Below, piece by piece: positions 1 to 7,652 of a stretch of 23,113 nucleotides of DNA. The translations under genes were made by a program, and so were the position numbers. How positions within the stretch are numbered: the first letter of the stretch is position 1; every line of letters begins with the position of its first letter. The stretch comes from Candidatus Methylomirabilota bacterium (GTDB taxonomy: Bacteria > Methylomirabilota > Methylomirabilia > Rokubacteriales > CSP1-6): the NCBI GenBank assembly GCA_046726415.1, contig JBKPAK010000314.1, forward strand, positions 1 through 23,113. The letters run 5' to 3'. A model generated the notes under the pieces. It was not told the DNA's origin. It did not search any database and worked only from the letters and a program-made list of their open reading frames with translations.

Positions 1-3
1 GGA

Positions 4-485
4 TTGACCCGCGACGTGCTGCAGGATCTCGCCACAAACCCGCGGACGCCATCATTCCGGGCGGTGCCGCGGACAGAGCTCGAGTCGCGTACCGCGAGCC
101 TTTACCGAAATCTGGGAGAGTGGATCGGCGAAGCCCGAGACAATTCAGTGCGGGCGGAGTACGAGGAATGGGGCCGCCGGGCTTTCGTCAGGGCGTCCCG
201 CTGAGTGAGCTCGTCTATGCCCTAATCCTCGTCAAGTATCACCTCCGCCGCTACGTCCGAACCCATGGACTGGTCGAGTTCTCGGGCGACCCCGCCGTGG
301 CCGGCGAGTTCCTTCCCATCCACCTGCACGGGATTCAGGAATTCAACTACATGGTGGACGAGTTCCTCGGTCGCGCTCCCTATTTGGCATTTGGGTACGA
401 GGGCGAGGCCAGGCTCGCTCACCATGCCGTGCGATGGAGGAACGCTAGCGCGTCGCCGGTCAGGTGGGTCCACCGGAGTATCTGA
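4..485 (+). pseudogene. 5'-truncated helical hypothetical protein (RsbRD N-terminal/globin-like), split by a 1-bp frameshift near 180
   Basis: ORF 4..204 (..LYRNLGEWIGE..EYEEWGRR) continues in another frame as FRQGVPLSELVYALILVKYHL..GYE (ORF 120..485). Restoring one C at about 180 gives EWGRRRFRQGVPLSE. Runs off the window's left edge. Confidence 0.55.
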
Positions 486-791
486 TACAGGGGGCCACCC
501 AGCGCCACCGAAAAGTCGTACAGCTCCGGCGGGTCTCTGCGCCGGCCGGGCGGCGGAAGCCGGCCAGCAACCGGGTTTGCAGTCTCAATTCCTACCTCGC
601 CCGGCAATCGTCGACAATCGTTGAACTTCCCGGGGCGGTTCTCCTCGCCAGCGAGGACGCGCGACATCGCGCTGTGAGCGTGCGACGTCTCTCTCTCGAT
701 CCTTCCTCCAGCATATCGGAGTCTCGACACCGGACGACATCTCCTCCCGACGTCCTGACAGAATCGGGTAGTCGTGACACAATGCTGGCCG

Positions 792-1106
792 ATGGACCAG
801 CTGATACAAACGCGCGATGCCCGGAGCGGTGGAGACGCCGCGCCGGCGCCCGATCCCCGCTTGACGGCGTACGGTGGGAACCGGGAAGCGATGCTGGAGC
901 GGCTGCTCGACGCCGCCGGTGCCGTGCCCTGGGAAGCGGATCCACGGACGGGGCACTTCATAGGGGTCGGGAAACGAGCCGTCGACTTCCTGGGTTACTC
1001 GCTCGAGCAGTGGTGCCAGCCGGACTTCTGGGTGCAGCGACTGCATCCGGATGATCGCGAGTGTGTCGTCCGGCGCTGCCGAGAGGCACTGGTGTCGGCC
1101 TCGTGA
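792..1106 (+). pseudogene. PAS-domain (PAS_3-like) sensor N-terminal fragment, truncated
   Basis: VPWEAD..FLGYSLEQW..FWVQRLHPDDRE is the typical first half of a PAS fold. The ORF stops shortly after HPDD, where recombinase-like sequence begins. Confidence 0.6.
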
Positions 1107-1325
1107 TGGGGCTGGAGGTCTCCCGCCTGGCGCGGAATTCCGCCGACTGGCACCGCCTCTTGGAGATCCGCGCGCTGGCCGAGACGCTCATCCTCGACGA
1201 GGACGGCCTCTACGATCCGAGTCAGTTCAACGACCGGTTGCTCCTAGGCCTCAAGGGTACGATGAGTGAGGCGGAGCTGCACGTGCTACGCGCCCGCCTG
1301 CTGGGCGGCACGCTCAACAAGGCGG
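1091..1325 (+). pseudogene. Internal fragment of a large serine recombinase (resolvase domain C-half)
   Basis: GVGLVMGLEVSRLARNSADWHRLLEI..LILDEDGLYDP..FNDRLLLGLKGTMSEAELH.LRARL.GG.LNKA is a characteristic recombinase-family segment. The catalytic N-terminal Y-x-R-x-S motif and the C-terminal domains are absent. Confidence 0.8.
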
Positions 1326-1506
1326 GTTGGCGGACGTTGCGATTCGGCGGAAGGATTCCAACAACGGCGAGGTTGGTGGGGAAGGGCTCTTAACGTCTGG
1401 AGGTTAGCGAATCGTCGGCAAGGTCCCGGCAGGTTCTAAACGGGGCGAAGGACCCTCCAGGATTGGGCGCGTTCGCGGTTGTGATGCCTTGTGGGCCGGT
1501 GCGGGA

Positions 1507-2535
1507 CTACGCCGCCTGGCGGCAGTAGCGGTGGTGCAGGCCGCCGACTTCAGGAAGCTGCACGATCTTGCCCGCCGTGGGGAGCTCGATGGGCCTGAGG
1601 TCGGGGGCGTCCTTGTCGAGCGCGAGGTGGGTGCGCGCCTCATGGTAATAGGCGAAGTTGCGAGTCAGGATTCGGCGCAGCTGTGGTTCGCCGAGGACGA
1701 GAACGTGATTCAGACACTCGCGCCGGATCGAACCGATCAAGCGCTCCGCGAATGGATTCTCCCAAGGGCTGTGCGGTGCCGTGAGGACTTCGTCGATGCC
1801 CATGCCCTTCACGCGGTGGCGAAACTGCGCGCCATACACCTGGTCACGGTCGCGCAGGAGATAGGCTGGCGCGGAGTCGTCCGGGAACGCGTCCCCGATC
1901 TGCTGGGCAGTCCAAACGGCGGTGGGATGTTCGGTGACGTTGAAGTGGACGACGCGCCGGCGGTGGTGGGCAAGCACAACGAGGACGAAGAGGACGTGCA
2001 AGCGGACGCTGGGGACGGTGAAGAAATCGATGGAGACCAAATCGCGGACATGGTTCGCGAGGAACGTGCGCCAGATCTGCGAGGGAGGTGTCGGGCGCTT
2101 CGGGATCAGGCGAGAGACCGTACGCTCCGCCACTTCAATTCCGAGCTTTAGGAGTTCCCCATGGATTCTTGGGGCACCCCATAGCGGATTGGCAGCGGCC
2201 ATCTTTCGGACGAGGGCGATGATCTCGGCGTTGATCGGCGGGCGGCCTACGGAGGGCCGGCCGGAGAGCTTGGCCCAGTACTCGCGGAAACGACGCCGCT
2301 GCCAACGTAGGACCGTGTCGGGAGTCACGATCACGAGGGACTGCCTCCAACCGGCCCAGACCCTGGCCAGCCCGACCCAGAAAAGCCGGTCCGTCGGACG
2401 AAGCTTGGGGCGCGTCGTCGTTCGCTTGTAGACGGAGAGCTGGTGGCGCAAGGCCAGGTTCTCGATGGCGAGCTGGCGGTGGCCGCCGAAGAAGAAGGGG
2501 AGGAGCCGAAGCAGGTGGAGCAGGAGAGTGATCAT
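1507..2535 (-). CDS. Integrase core domain (rve/DDE) transposase, about 342 aa
   Basis: Starts MITLLLHLLRLL. Contains ENLALRHQL, NPLWGAPRIHGELLKLG, SIDFFTV (D), YLLRDRD (D), SPWENPFAERLIGSIRRECL (E) and GGLHHRY. The upstream 327 codons of the called ORF are antisense to the GntR region and not part of it. Confidence 0.9.
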   Translation of the reverse strand: MITLLLHLLRLLPFFFGGHRQLAIENLALRHQLSVYKRTTTRPKLRPTDRLFWVGLARVWAGWRQSLVIVTPDTVLRWQRRRFREYWAKLSGRPSVGRPPINAEIIALVRKMAAANPLWGAPRIHGELLKLGIEVAERTVSRLIPKRPTPPSQIWRTFLANHVRDLVSIDFFTVPSVRLHVLFVLVVLAHHRRRVVHFNVTEHPTAVWTAQQIGDAFPDDSAPAYLLRDRDQVYGAQFRHRVKGMGIDEVLTAPHSPWENPFAERLIGSIRRECLNHVLVLGEPQLRRILTRNFAYYHEARTHLALDKDAPDLRPIELPTAGKIVQLPEVGGLHHRYCRQAA

Positions 2536-2610
2536 CGAGCTGTGATAGTGGCCGGATCCGGACCCCAAGATCAACCACTTGGCCGGTAGATGGGGTTTTG
2601 GCGAACGACA
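1507..2610 (-). mobile_element. Insertion sequence carrying the rve transposase; one probable terminus at 2610, other end not identified
   Basis: The minus strand from 2610 reads TGTCGTTCGCCAAAACCCCATC, a TG-starting end of the kind seen in these elements. I found no matching inverted repeat in 1320-1506, so the left boundary is uncertain. Confidence 0.5.
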
Positions 2611-2694
2611 AGCACCATTCCCACCTACTTGGCGTGTTGTGGCCGAAACGCCCATGAGCCTGAAGGAACCACGCGCGCGGTTGTGTCGGAACCG

Positions 2695-2706
2695 AAAATC
2701 GATTTT
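2695..2706. promoter_or_regulatory. Perfect 12-bp palindrome AAAATCGATTTT, candidate GntR operator
   Basis: AT-rich perfect palindrome in GC-rich DNA, 3 bp upstream of the -35 hexamer of the gntR operon. Confidence 0.6.
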
Positions 2707-2709
2707 GTG

Positions 2710-2737
2710 TTGACTCTTCCGATTGATCCAGTATAGT
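2710..2737 (+). promoter_or_regulatory. Sigma70-type promoter of the gntR-amidohydrolase operon
   Basis: TTGACT (2710-2715), 16-nt spacer, TATAGT (2732-2737); each hexamer matches consensus at 5/6. Confidence 0.65.
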
Positions 2738-2814
2738 CGGGGCCCGGCCCAACGCTCCCCGGAGGTCGCAACCATGCGACATCGGTCGGCGGAAGTCCCG
2801 AACCGCGAGGTGAC

Positions 2815-3534
2815 GTGAGCAGACCGAGCGGGCTGCCGCTCGGGTTGGCCGCGGACGGGCGAGCGTTCCGGAGCTTGACCAGCGCCGTCCTCGCGCAGCT
2901 TCGGGCCGAGATTCTCTCCACCCGTCTCAAGCCCGGCGAGAAGGTCCTCATCGCCGCCGTCGCCAAGCGGCTCGGCGTCAGCTTGAGCGCGGTCAGGGAG
3001 GCGCTGTCGAGGCTGGCCGCCGAGGGACTGGTGCGGGGAGAGGACCAGCGCGGCTTCTGCGTCAGCCCCGTGTCGATCGAGGACCTCCGCGACATCACGC
3101 GCACGCGGATCGACCTGGAAGGGCTCGCGCTCCGGCGGGCCATCGAGCTCGGCGATGCGGACTGGGAGGAAGGGGTGCGGGCCGCCCACGCCGAGCTGGC
3201 CGCCGTCCCGCTGCCCCCGCCCGGCGACCCCGGCCCCGAGTTCGAGCGATGGCGCACCCTGCACCAGCGCTATCACCTCGCTTTGGTGGCGGGCTGTCGA
3301 TCGGAGTGGCTGCTGCGGTTCCGTCACATTCTCTTCGAGCAGTCCGAACGCTATCGCTTCGTCGCCTACGGCGTGCAGCCGCGGGACATCGAGGGAGAAC
3401 ACCGGACCATCATGCAGGCGACGCTCGCCCGCGACGCCGAGGCGGCCGTCAAGGCCTTGAGCGATCACCTGGCCCTCACGGCCGACATCATCGTTCAGAG
3501 CTTCGCCTCGCGTCATGCCGGGGACGGTGGGTAA
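2815..3534 (+). CDS. GntR family transcriptional regulator (FCD C-terminal domain)
   Basis: wHTH LRAEILS..LKPGEKV..VAKRLGVSLSAVREALSRLAAEGLV..RGF.V. FCD region with HQRYHLALV and EHRTIMQA..RDAEAA..L..H. GTG start is approximate. Confidence 0.92.
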   Translation: MSRPSGLPLGLAADGRAFRSLTSAVLAQLRAEILSTRLKPGEKVLIAAVAKRLGVSLSAVREALSRLAAEGLVRGEDQRGFCVSPVSIEDLRDITRTRIDLEGLALRRAIELGDADWEEGVRAAHAELAAVPLPPPGDPGPEFERWRTLHQRYHLALVAGCRSEWLLRFRHILFEQSERYRFVAYGVQPRDIEGEHRTIMQATLARDAEAAVKALSDHLALTADIIVQSFASRHAGDGG

Positions 3535-3548
3535 ACCAGGAGGAGCCC

Positions 3549-5336
3549 ATGAACGACGACAACAGCGAACGCAGGAGCGCCCAGAATCCGTCGCGCCGCG
3601 ACCTCTTCAAGGCCGGCGTGGCCATTGGCGTCGGCGCCGCGCTGCCATCGCAAGGCGTGCACGCCGCGCCGCCGGGACCGCCGGCATCGAGCGCGCCCGC
3701 GCTCGTACTCGTCAACGGCAAGATCCACACGATGGACGACGCGAACCGCGTGGTGAACTCGGTGGCGATCCAGGACGGACGCTTCGTGTCGGTGCGCAGC
3801 GCCGCCCATTCCGGCCCGGCGCACGTCATCAACCTGCACGGCCGCACCGTGGTGCCGGGTCTCATCGAGAGCCACACGCACTTCGTCAGCCTCGCCAACC
3901 GGCCCGGCTATCACGTCGCGCAGTGGGAGCTCGCCTCGAACATTGCCGAAGTCCTGGCGCTGCTCGCCGCGCGCCGGCGTGACGTGCCCCAGGGCCAGTT
4001 CATCACGGCCATGGGCGCCGGCACCCCGCGGATGTTCGCCGAGCTGCGCCTGCCGACCTTGGCCGAGCTGGACGCGGCGGTGCCCGACCGGCCGGTGTTC
4101 CTCTACCAGGGCGGCGGCGGCCCCGCGCGAACCAACACGCTGGGCAAGCAGTTCTTCGAGAGGGCGACGGCGCCGCTCGCCGGCCCGTGCGTCGTCGAGG
4201 CCGACGGCTCGCTCGCCACCGTGGCGGGGGTGAATCACGCGAATCGCGCGCTGTATCACCTGAGAATCCGCCAGACGTTCGAGGACAAGAAGCGAAGCGC
4301 GCTCGATGCGATGGCGTTCTCGGCGAGCGTCGGCATCACGGCCGTGCTCGATCAGACGCTGGTGGCGGTGGCGACGGGGACGCTCGACCCGGCCTCGCTC
4401 GATCCGCAGCCGACGCACGCGCTTTTCAATCTCAACCACTACCGCATGTACGACGCGTGGCTCGCCCTGCACGCCGAGGACCGCGCGCTCATCCGTTTGC
4501 AAATCAACTTCCTGCACAACCAGGGGTTCATCTCCGAGCTCGGCGATCTCGACCACCAGCTGCCCGAGCTGCGCGAGCGGCTCAAGAATCAGTTCCCCTT
4601 CTTCGGCGACGGCATGGTGCGCACCGGCGGGATCGGCGAGTGGGCGGCGCCATTCGCGCTCCAAACGAGTCCCGACAACTACGCGGTCTGGAACGAGGCC
4701 CAGCGCCTGGTGGCAAAGGCGCGCTGGCGCAACGAAAATTCGCAGGCCGGTAGTCCGACCAGCTCGGCCAACATCGAGCAGGTCGTCGCGACCTACGAGG
4801 CGATGGACGAGGAGTTCGGGATCAAGGAGCTGCGCTGGGGCTTGCAACACGCGGACTTCGCCACTCCCGAGCAGTTGAGCCGGCTCAAGAGCCTGAACTG
4901 CGCGGTGTCGATGTCCGGCTTCCGCTGGTTGAACGGTGTCCCGCGCGCGGATGGGTTGCCGGTGGGGCCGCTCTTCCCGCAGATCATCGCGAGCGGCATC
5001 CCGGCCGGCCTGCACGAGGACGGCGTGCACATCGCGCCCCACAACCCCTGGTTCGCGATGCACTACGCGACCACCGGCCTCAACGTCCTCGGCCAGCAGA
5101 TCAACCCGGGCCAGCAGATCAGCCGGCAACAGGCGCTGTACGCCTACACGCGAGCCAACGCCTGGTACCTGAACCGTGAGGACGATCTCGGCTCGATCGA
5201 GGTCGGCAAGCTGGCCGACCTGGTGGTGCTCGACCGCGACTACTTCAGGGTGAGCGACGCGAAGATGCGCGGGACGCGACCGGTCCTCACCGTGGTCGAC
5301 GGCCAGATCGTCTACGACGCGGGTGTGCTGAAGTAA
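3549..5336 (+). CDS. Tat-exported amidohydrolase (Amidohydro_3, YtcJ/NfdA-like), 595 aa
   Basis: RBS AGGAGGAG before ATG 3549. Twin-arginine SRRDLFK plus hydrophobic helix and AxA (VHA). Motifs NGKIHTMD, INLHGRTVVPGLIESHTH and GSIEVGKLADLVVLD. Confidence 0.9.
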   Translation: MNDDNSERRSAQNPSRRDLFKAGVAIGVGAALPSQGVHAAPPGPPASSAPALVLVNGKIHTMDDANRVVNSVAIQDGRFVSVRSAAHSGPAHVINLHGRTVVPGLIESHTHFVSLANRPGYHVAQWELASNIAEVLALLAARRRDVPQGQFITAMGAGTPRMFAELRLPTLAELDAAVPDRPVFLYQGGGGPARTNTLGKQFFERATAPLAGPCVVEADGSLATVAGVNHANRALYHLRIRQTFEDKKRSALDAMAFSASVGITAVLDQTLVAVATGTLDPASLDPQPTHALFNLNHYRMYDAWLALHAEDRALIRLQINFLHNQGFISELGDLDHQLPELRERLKNQFPFFGDGMVRTGGIGEWAAPFALQTSPDNYAVWNEAQRLVAKARWRNENSQAGSPTSSANIEQVVATYEAMDEEFGIKELRWGLQHADFATPEQLSRLKSLNCAVSMSGFRWLNGVPRADGLPVGPLFPQIIASGIPAGLHEDGVHIAPHNPWFAMHYATTGLNVLGQQINPGQQISRQQALYAYTRANAWYLNREDDLGSIEVGKLADLVVLDRDYFRVSDAKMRGTRPVLTVVDGQIVYDAGVLK

Positions 5337-5370
5337 ATCGCGCCAACGACCAAACACGGAGGAGCGACCC

Positions 5371-7197
5371 ATGGTGGGCAAGGCATCGGGCGGAGCTCAC
5401 GAGGCGTCGGCCCGCGGCAGCCAGAAGGGGATCTCGCGGCGGACCCTTCTCAAGGGGGGCGCCACGGCCGGCGTGGCGGCCGCGCTGGGCGGGGCCGCGG
5501 GCTGGATCACCAGCCACACCGGGCGGGCCACGGCGAGCAAGCCGCCCGACCCATCGCGGCCGGGGCTCGTCCTCATCAACGGCAAGATCCACACGATGGA
5601 CGACCGGAACACCATCGTGTCGTCGGTCGGCATCGAGAATGGTCGGTTCGTCGAGGTCGGCCACGGTGCCAAGCTCCAGGGGCCGGGCAAGCGCGTCATC
5701 AACCTCCACGGCCGCACCGTCGTGCCGGGCATCATCGACAACCACAACCACATCGTCTTGATGGGCAACCGACCCGGCTACCACACGCCCCTGGAGAACG
5801 CGTACTCCATCAAGGACATCCAGGCCATCTACGCCGGCCGTGCCCAGGGCGTGCCTGCCGGCAAGTGGATCACCACCATCGGCGGCTTCAACCAAAACCA
5901 CTTCTTCCCACCGGATCAGACGCCCCGACTGCCGAACCTGGCCGAGTTGGACGCCGCGGTGCCGAATCATCCCGTGCTCATCCTGCAGAGCTTCGGCGGG
6001 CCGTCGACCACGAATACCCTCGGCAAGCAGTTCTTCGAGGCCAACGGCGTGACGGTGGGAGCCAACGGATCCATCGCGGCGGGGACGGGGCCCGACAACA
6101 CCGTGTCTGGCCGCGCGCTGAACTTGCTGCGGCAGACGCTGCTGCGCAACGCTCCCGACGGCTTCGAGCAGCGCAAGCGCAGCGTCCTCGACGCCATGGC
6201 TTACGCGGCGAGCCTCGGCGTCACCACCCATCTCGACCAGGGCGCATTCCAGACCAGCCTCACCAATCCGGAGACCGACGGGGCGGCCCACGAGGACAAC
6301 TTCACCATGCACCTGCCCTTCCTCGACGTGTACGCGGAGGGCAAGGGCCTCGTCCGCCTGCGCATCAACTTTCTGCACATGGAGACAGATCCGGCCCTGC
6401 CCGAGCTCGTGCAGCGGCTCAAGAACCAGTTCCCGTTCTTCGGCGACGACCTGGTGCGGACGGGTGGCATCGGCGAGTTCATCACGGTGGTGCCGAGCGC
6501 CACCAACCCGGCGAGCATCACCCGCTTCAACGACGCGGCCAAGCTGGTGGCCCGCGCGGGCTGGCGCGCCGAGGTGCACTCGCTAGGGCGGCGGCAGATG
6601 CCGACGAGCAACCCCGCCGACTTCGAGCTGGAGATCATGGGCTTCGAGCGCGCGGACGCGGAGGTGCCGGGCATCGTGAGTGACCTGCGCTGGGTCATCG
6701 CCCACGTGCCGGGCATCACGCCGGAATGGATCGAGCGATTCAAGCGGCTGGGGGGCAGCCTGTCGCTCACGGGATGGCAGTACCTCGCGGGCGCGCTGCC
6801 CACGAGCACGGTGGCGCCCTACGCCGGCCCCCCGTTCAGGTTCATCGTCGACAGCGGCATCCGGGCCGGGATGAGCTCGGACGGCATGCAGATCGCTCCC
6901 ATGAACCCGTGGATCCACATGTACTTCGCCACCACCGGCCTCAACGCCCGCCACGTCCAGATCAATCCCGACCAGCACATCACCCGGCAGGAAGTGCTGG
7001 AGCTGTACACGGGCCGCAACGGCTGGTTCCTGCGCGAGGAGGACCAGCTCGGATCCATCGAGGTGGGCAAGCTGGCCGACCTCGTCGTGCTGAACAGCGA
7101 CTACTTCGCAGTGCCCGACGAGGATCTGAAGAAGATCCGCTCCGTGCTCACGGTCGTGGACGGAAGGATCGCGCACGACGCAGGAGTGCTGAAGTAA
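5371..7197 (+). CDS. Tat-exported amidohydrolase (Amidohydro_3, YtcJ/NfdA-like), 608 aa, paralog of the upstream gene
   Basis: RBS GGAGGAG. Tat motif SRRTLLK. Motifs PGIIDNHNH, EVHSLG, IAHV, SSDG and GSIEVGKLADLVVL. Ends DAGVLK like its neighbour. Confidence 0.92.
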   Translation: MVGKASGGAHEASARGSQKGISRRTLLKGGATAGVAAALGGAAGWITSHTGRATASKPPDPSRPGLVLINGKIHTMDDRNTIVSSVGIENGRFVEVGHGAKLQGPGKRVINLHGRTVVPGIIDNHNHIVLMGNRPGYHTPLENAYSIKDIQAIYAGRAQGVPAGKWITTIGGFNQNHFFPPDQTPRLPNLAELDAAVPNHPVLILQSFGGPSTTNTLGKQFFEANGVTVGANGSIAAGTGPDNTVSGRALNLLRQTLLRNAPDGFEQRKRSVLDAMAYAASLGVTTHLDQGAFQTSLTNPETDGAAHEDNFTMHLPFLDVYAEGKGLVRLRINFLHMETDPALPELVQRLKNQFPFFGDDLVRTGGIGEFITVVPSATNPASITRFNDAAKLVARAGWRAEVHSLGRRQMPTSNPADFELEIMGFERADAEVPGIVSDLRWVIAHVPGITPEWIERFKRLGGSLSLTGWQYLAGALPTSTVAPYAGPPFRFIVDSGIRAGMSSDGMQIAPMNPWIHMYFATTGLNARHVQINPDQHITRQEVLELYTGRNGWFLREEDQLGSIEVGKLADLVVLNSDYFAVPDEDLKKIRSVLTVVDGRIAHDAGVLK

Positions 7198-7403
7198 GCG
7201 CGGTGGCCTTCCATGGCCCTCGCCTGTTCGGCCGCCTTGGCCGTCAGGGTCACGCCACCCGCTCCGGGACCGCGCAGGCGGCCAGCGCGGCCACGAGCGC
7301 GTCCAGATCGTCGTGATGCTTGATCCGACGGAGCGCTGGGTCGCGCGCAGCGACCGCAGGCTCAGCCAGCCGTCTGCTGCGCCACGACCCCGTCGACGAA
7401 ACA

Positions 7404-7518
7404 AGGCGAACGACGAAGCGGCCGCCGTACTTGCAATGGTTGCCGGGACCTGCTTGCGGTACTCGTCCATGGTCGCGGGATCGGTGACCGTCACATCGGC
7501 GATGACGTAGGCTGGCAT
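7404..7518 (-). pseudogene. DUF1330 family protein, N-terminal remnant with frameshift
   Basis: MPAYVIADVTVTDPATMDEYRKQVPATIA, then KYGGRFVVR in another frame (1-bp deletion near 7432). Similarity is lost after that, at about 40 of the usual ~95 aa. Confidence 0.75.
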
Positions 7519-7632
7519 CACGCACCTGCCTAAGGACATTTGCTCGGAGGAAGTTTACTCGCGAGGCCAGCGAACGAGCGGTCCGGTACGTCACGAACCG
7601 CGCTGCCGGAGCGACGGCTGGGTAGCCGCCGA

Positions 7633-7650
7633 CTGACAGCGAATCAGGCG
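7633..7650 (+). repeat. 18-bp direct repeat copy 1 (CTGACAGCGAATCAGGCG)
   Basis: Identical to 11948-11965. Lies 3 bp beyond the stop of the cyclase-AAA-TPR gene. Confidence 0.8.
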
Positions 7651-7652
7651 CG

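Noticed and set aside
2536..3516. 669-aa ORF suggesting a long N-terminal extension on the transposase
   Set aside because: The extension is the antisense of gntR and its promoter. Transposase similarity starts at MITLLL (2535).
3249..3548. 100-aa N-terminal extension of the first amidohydrolase
   Set aside because: Overlaps gntR. The strong RBS and Tat motif place the start at 3549.
7250..7400. HHDDLDALVAALAA segment as the C-terminal remnant of another gene
   Set aside because: A generic amphipathic helix with no diagnostic motif.
3513..7539. Long minus-strand ORFs (622, 430 and 318 aa) opposite the amidohydrolases
   Set aside because: Shadow ORFs expected from GC-rich codon bias, with no recognisable motifs. 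Only the first ~30 aa of the last one belongs to the DUF1330 remnant.
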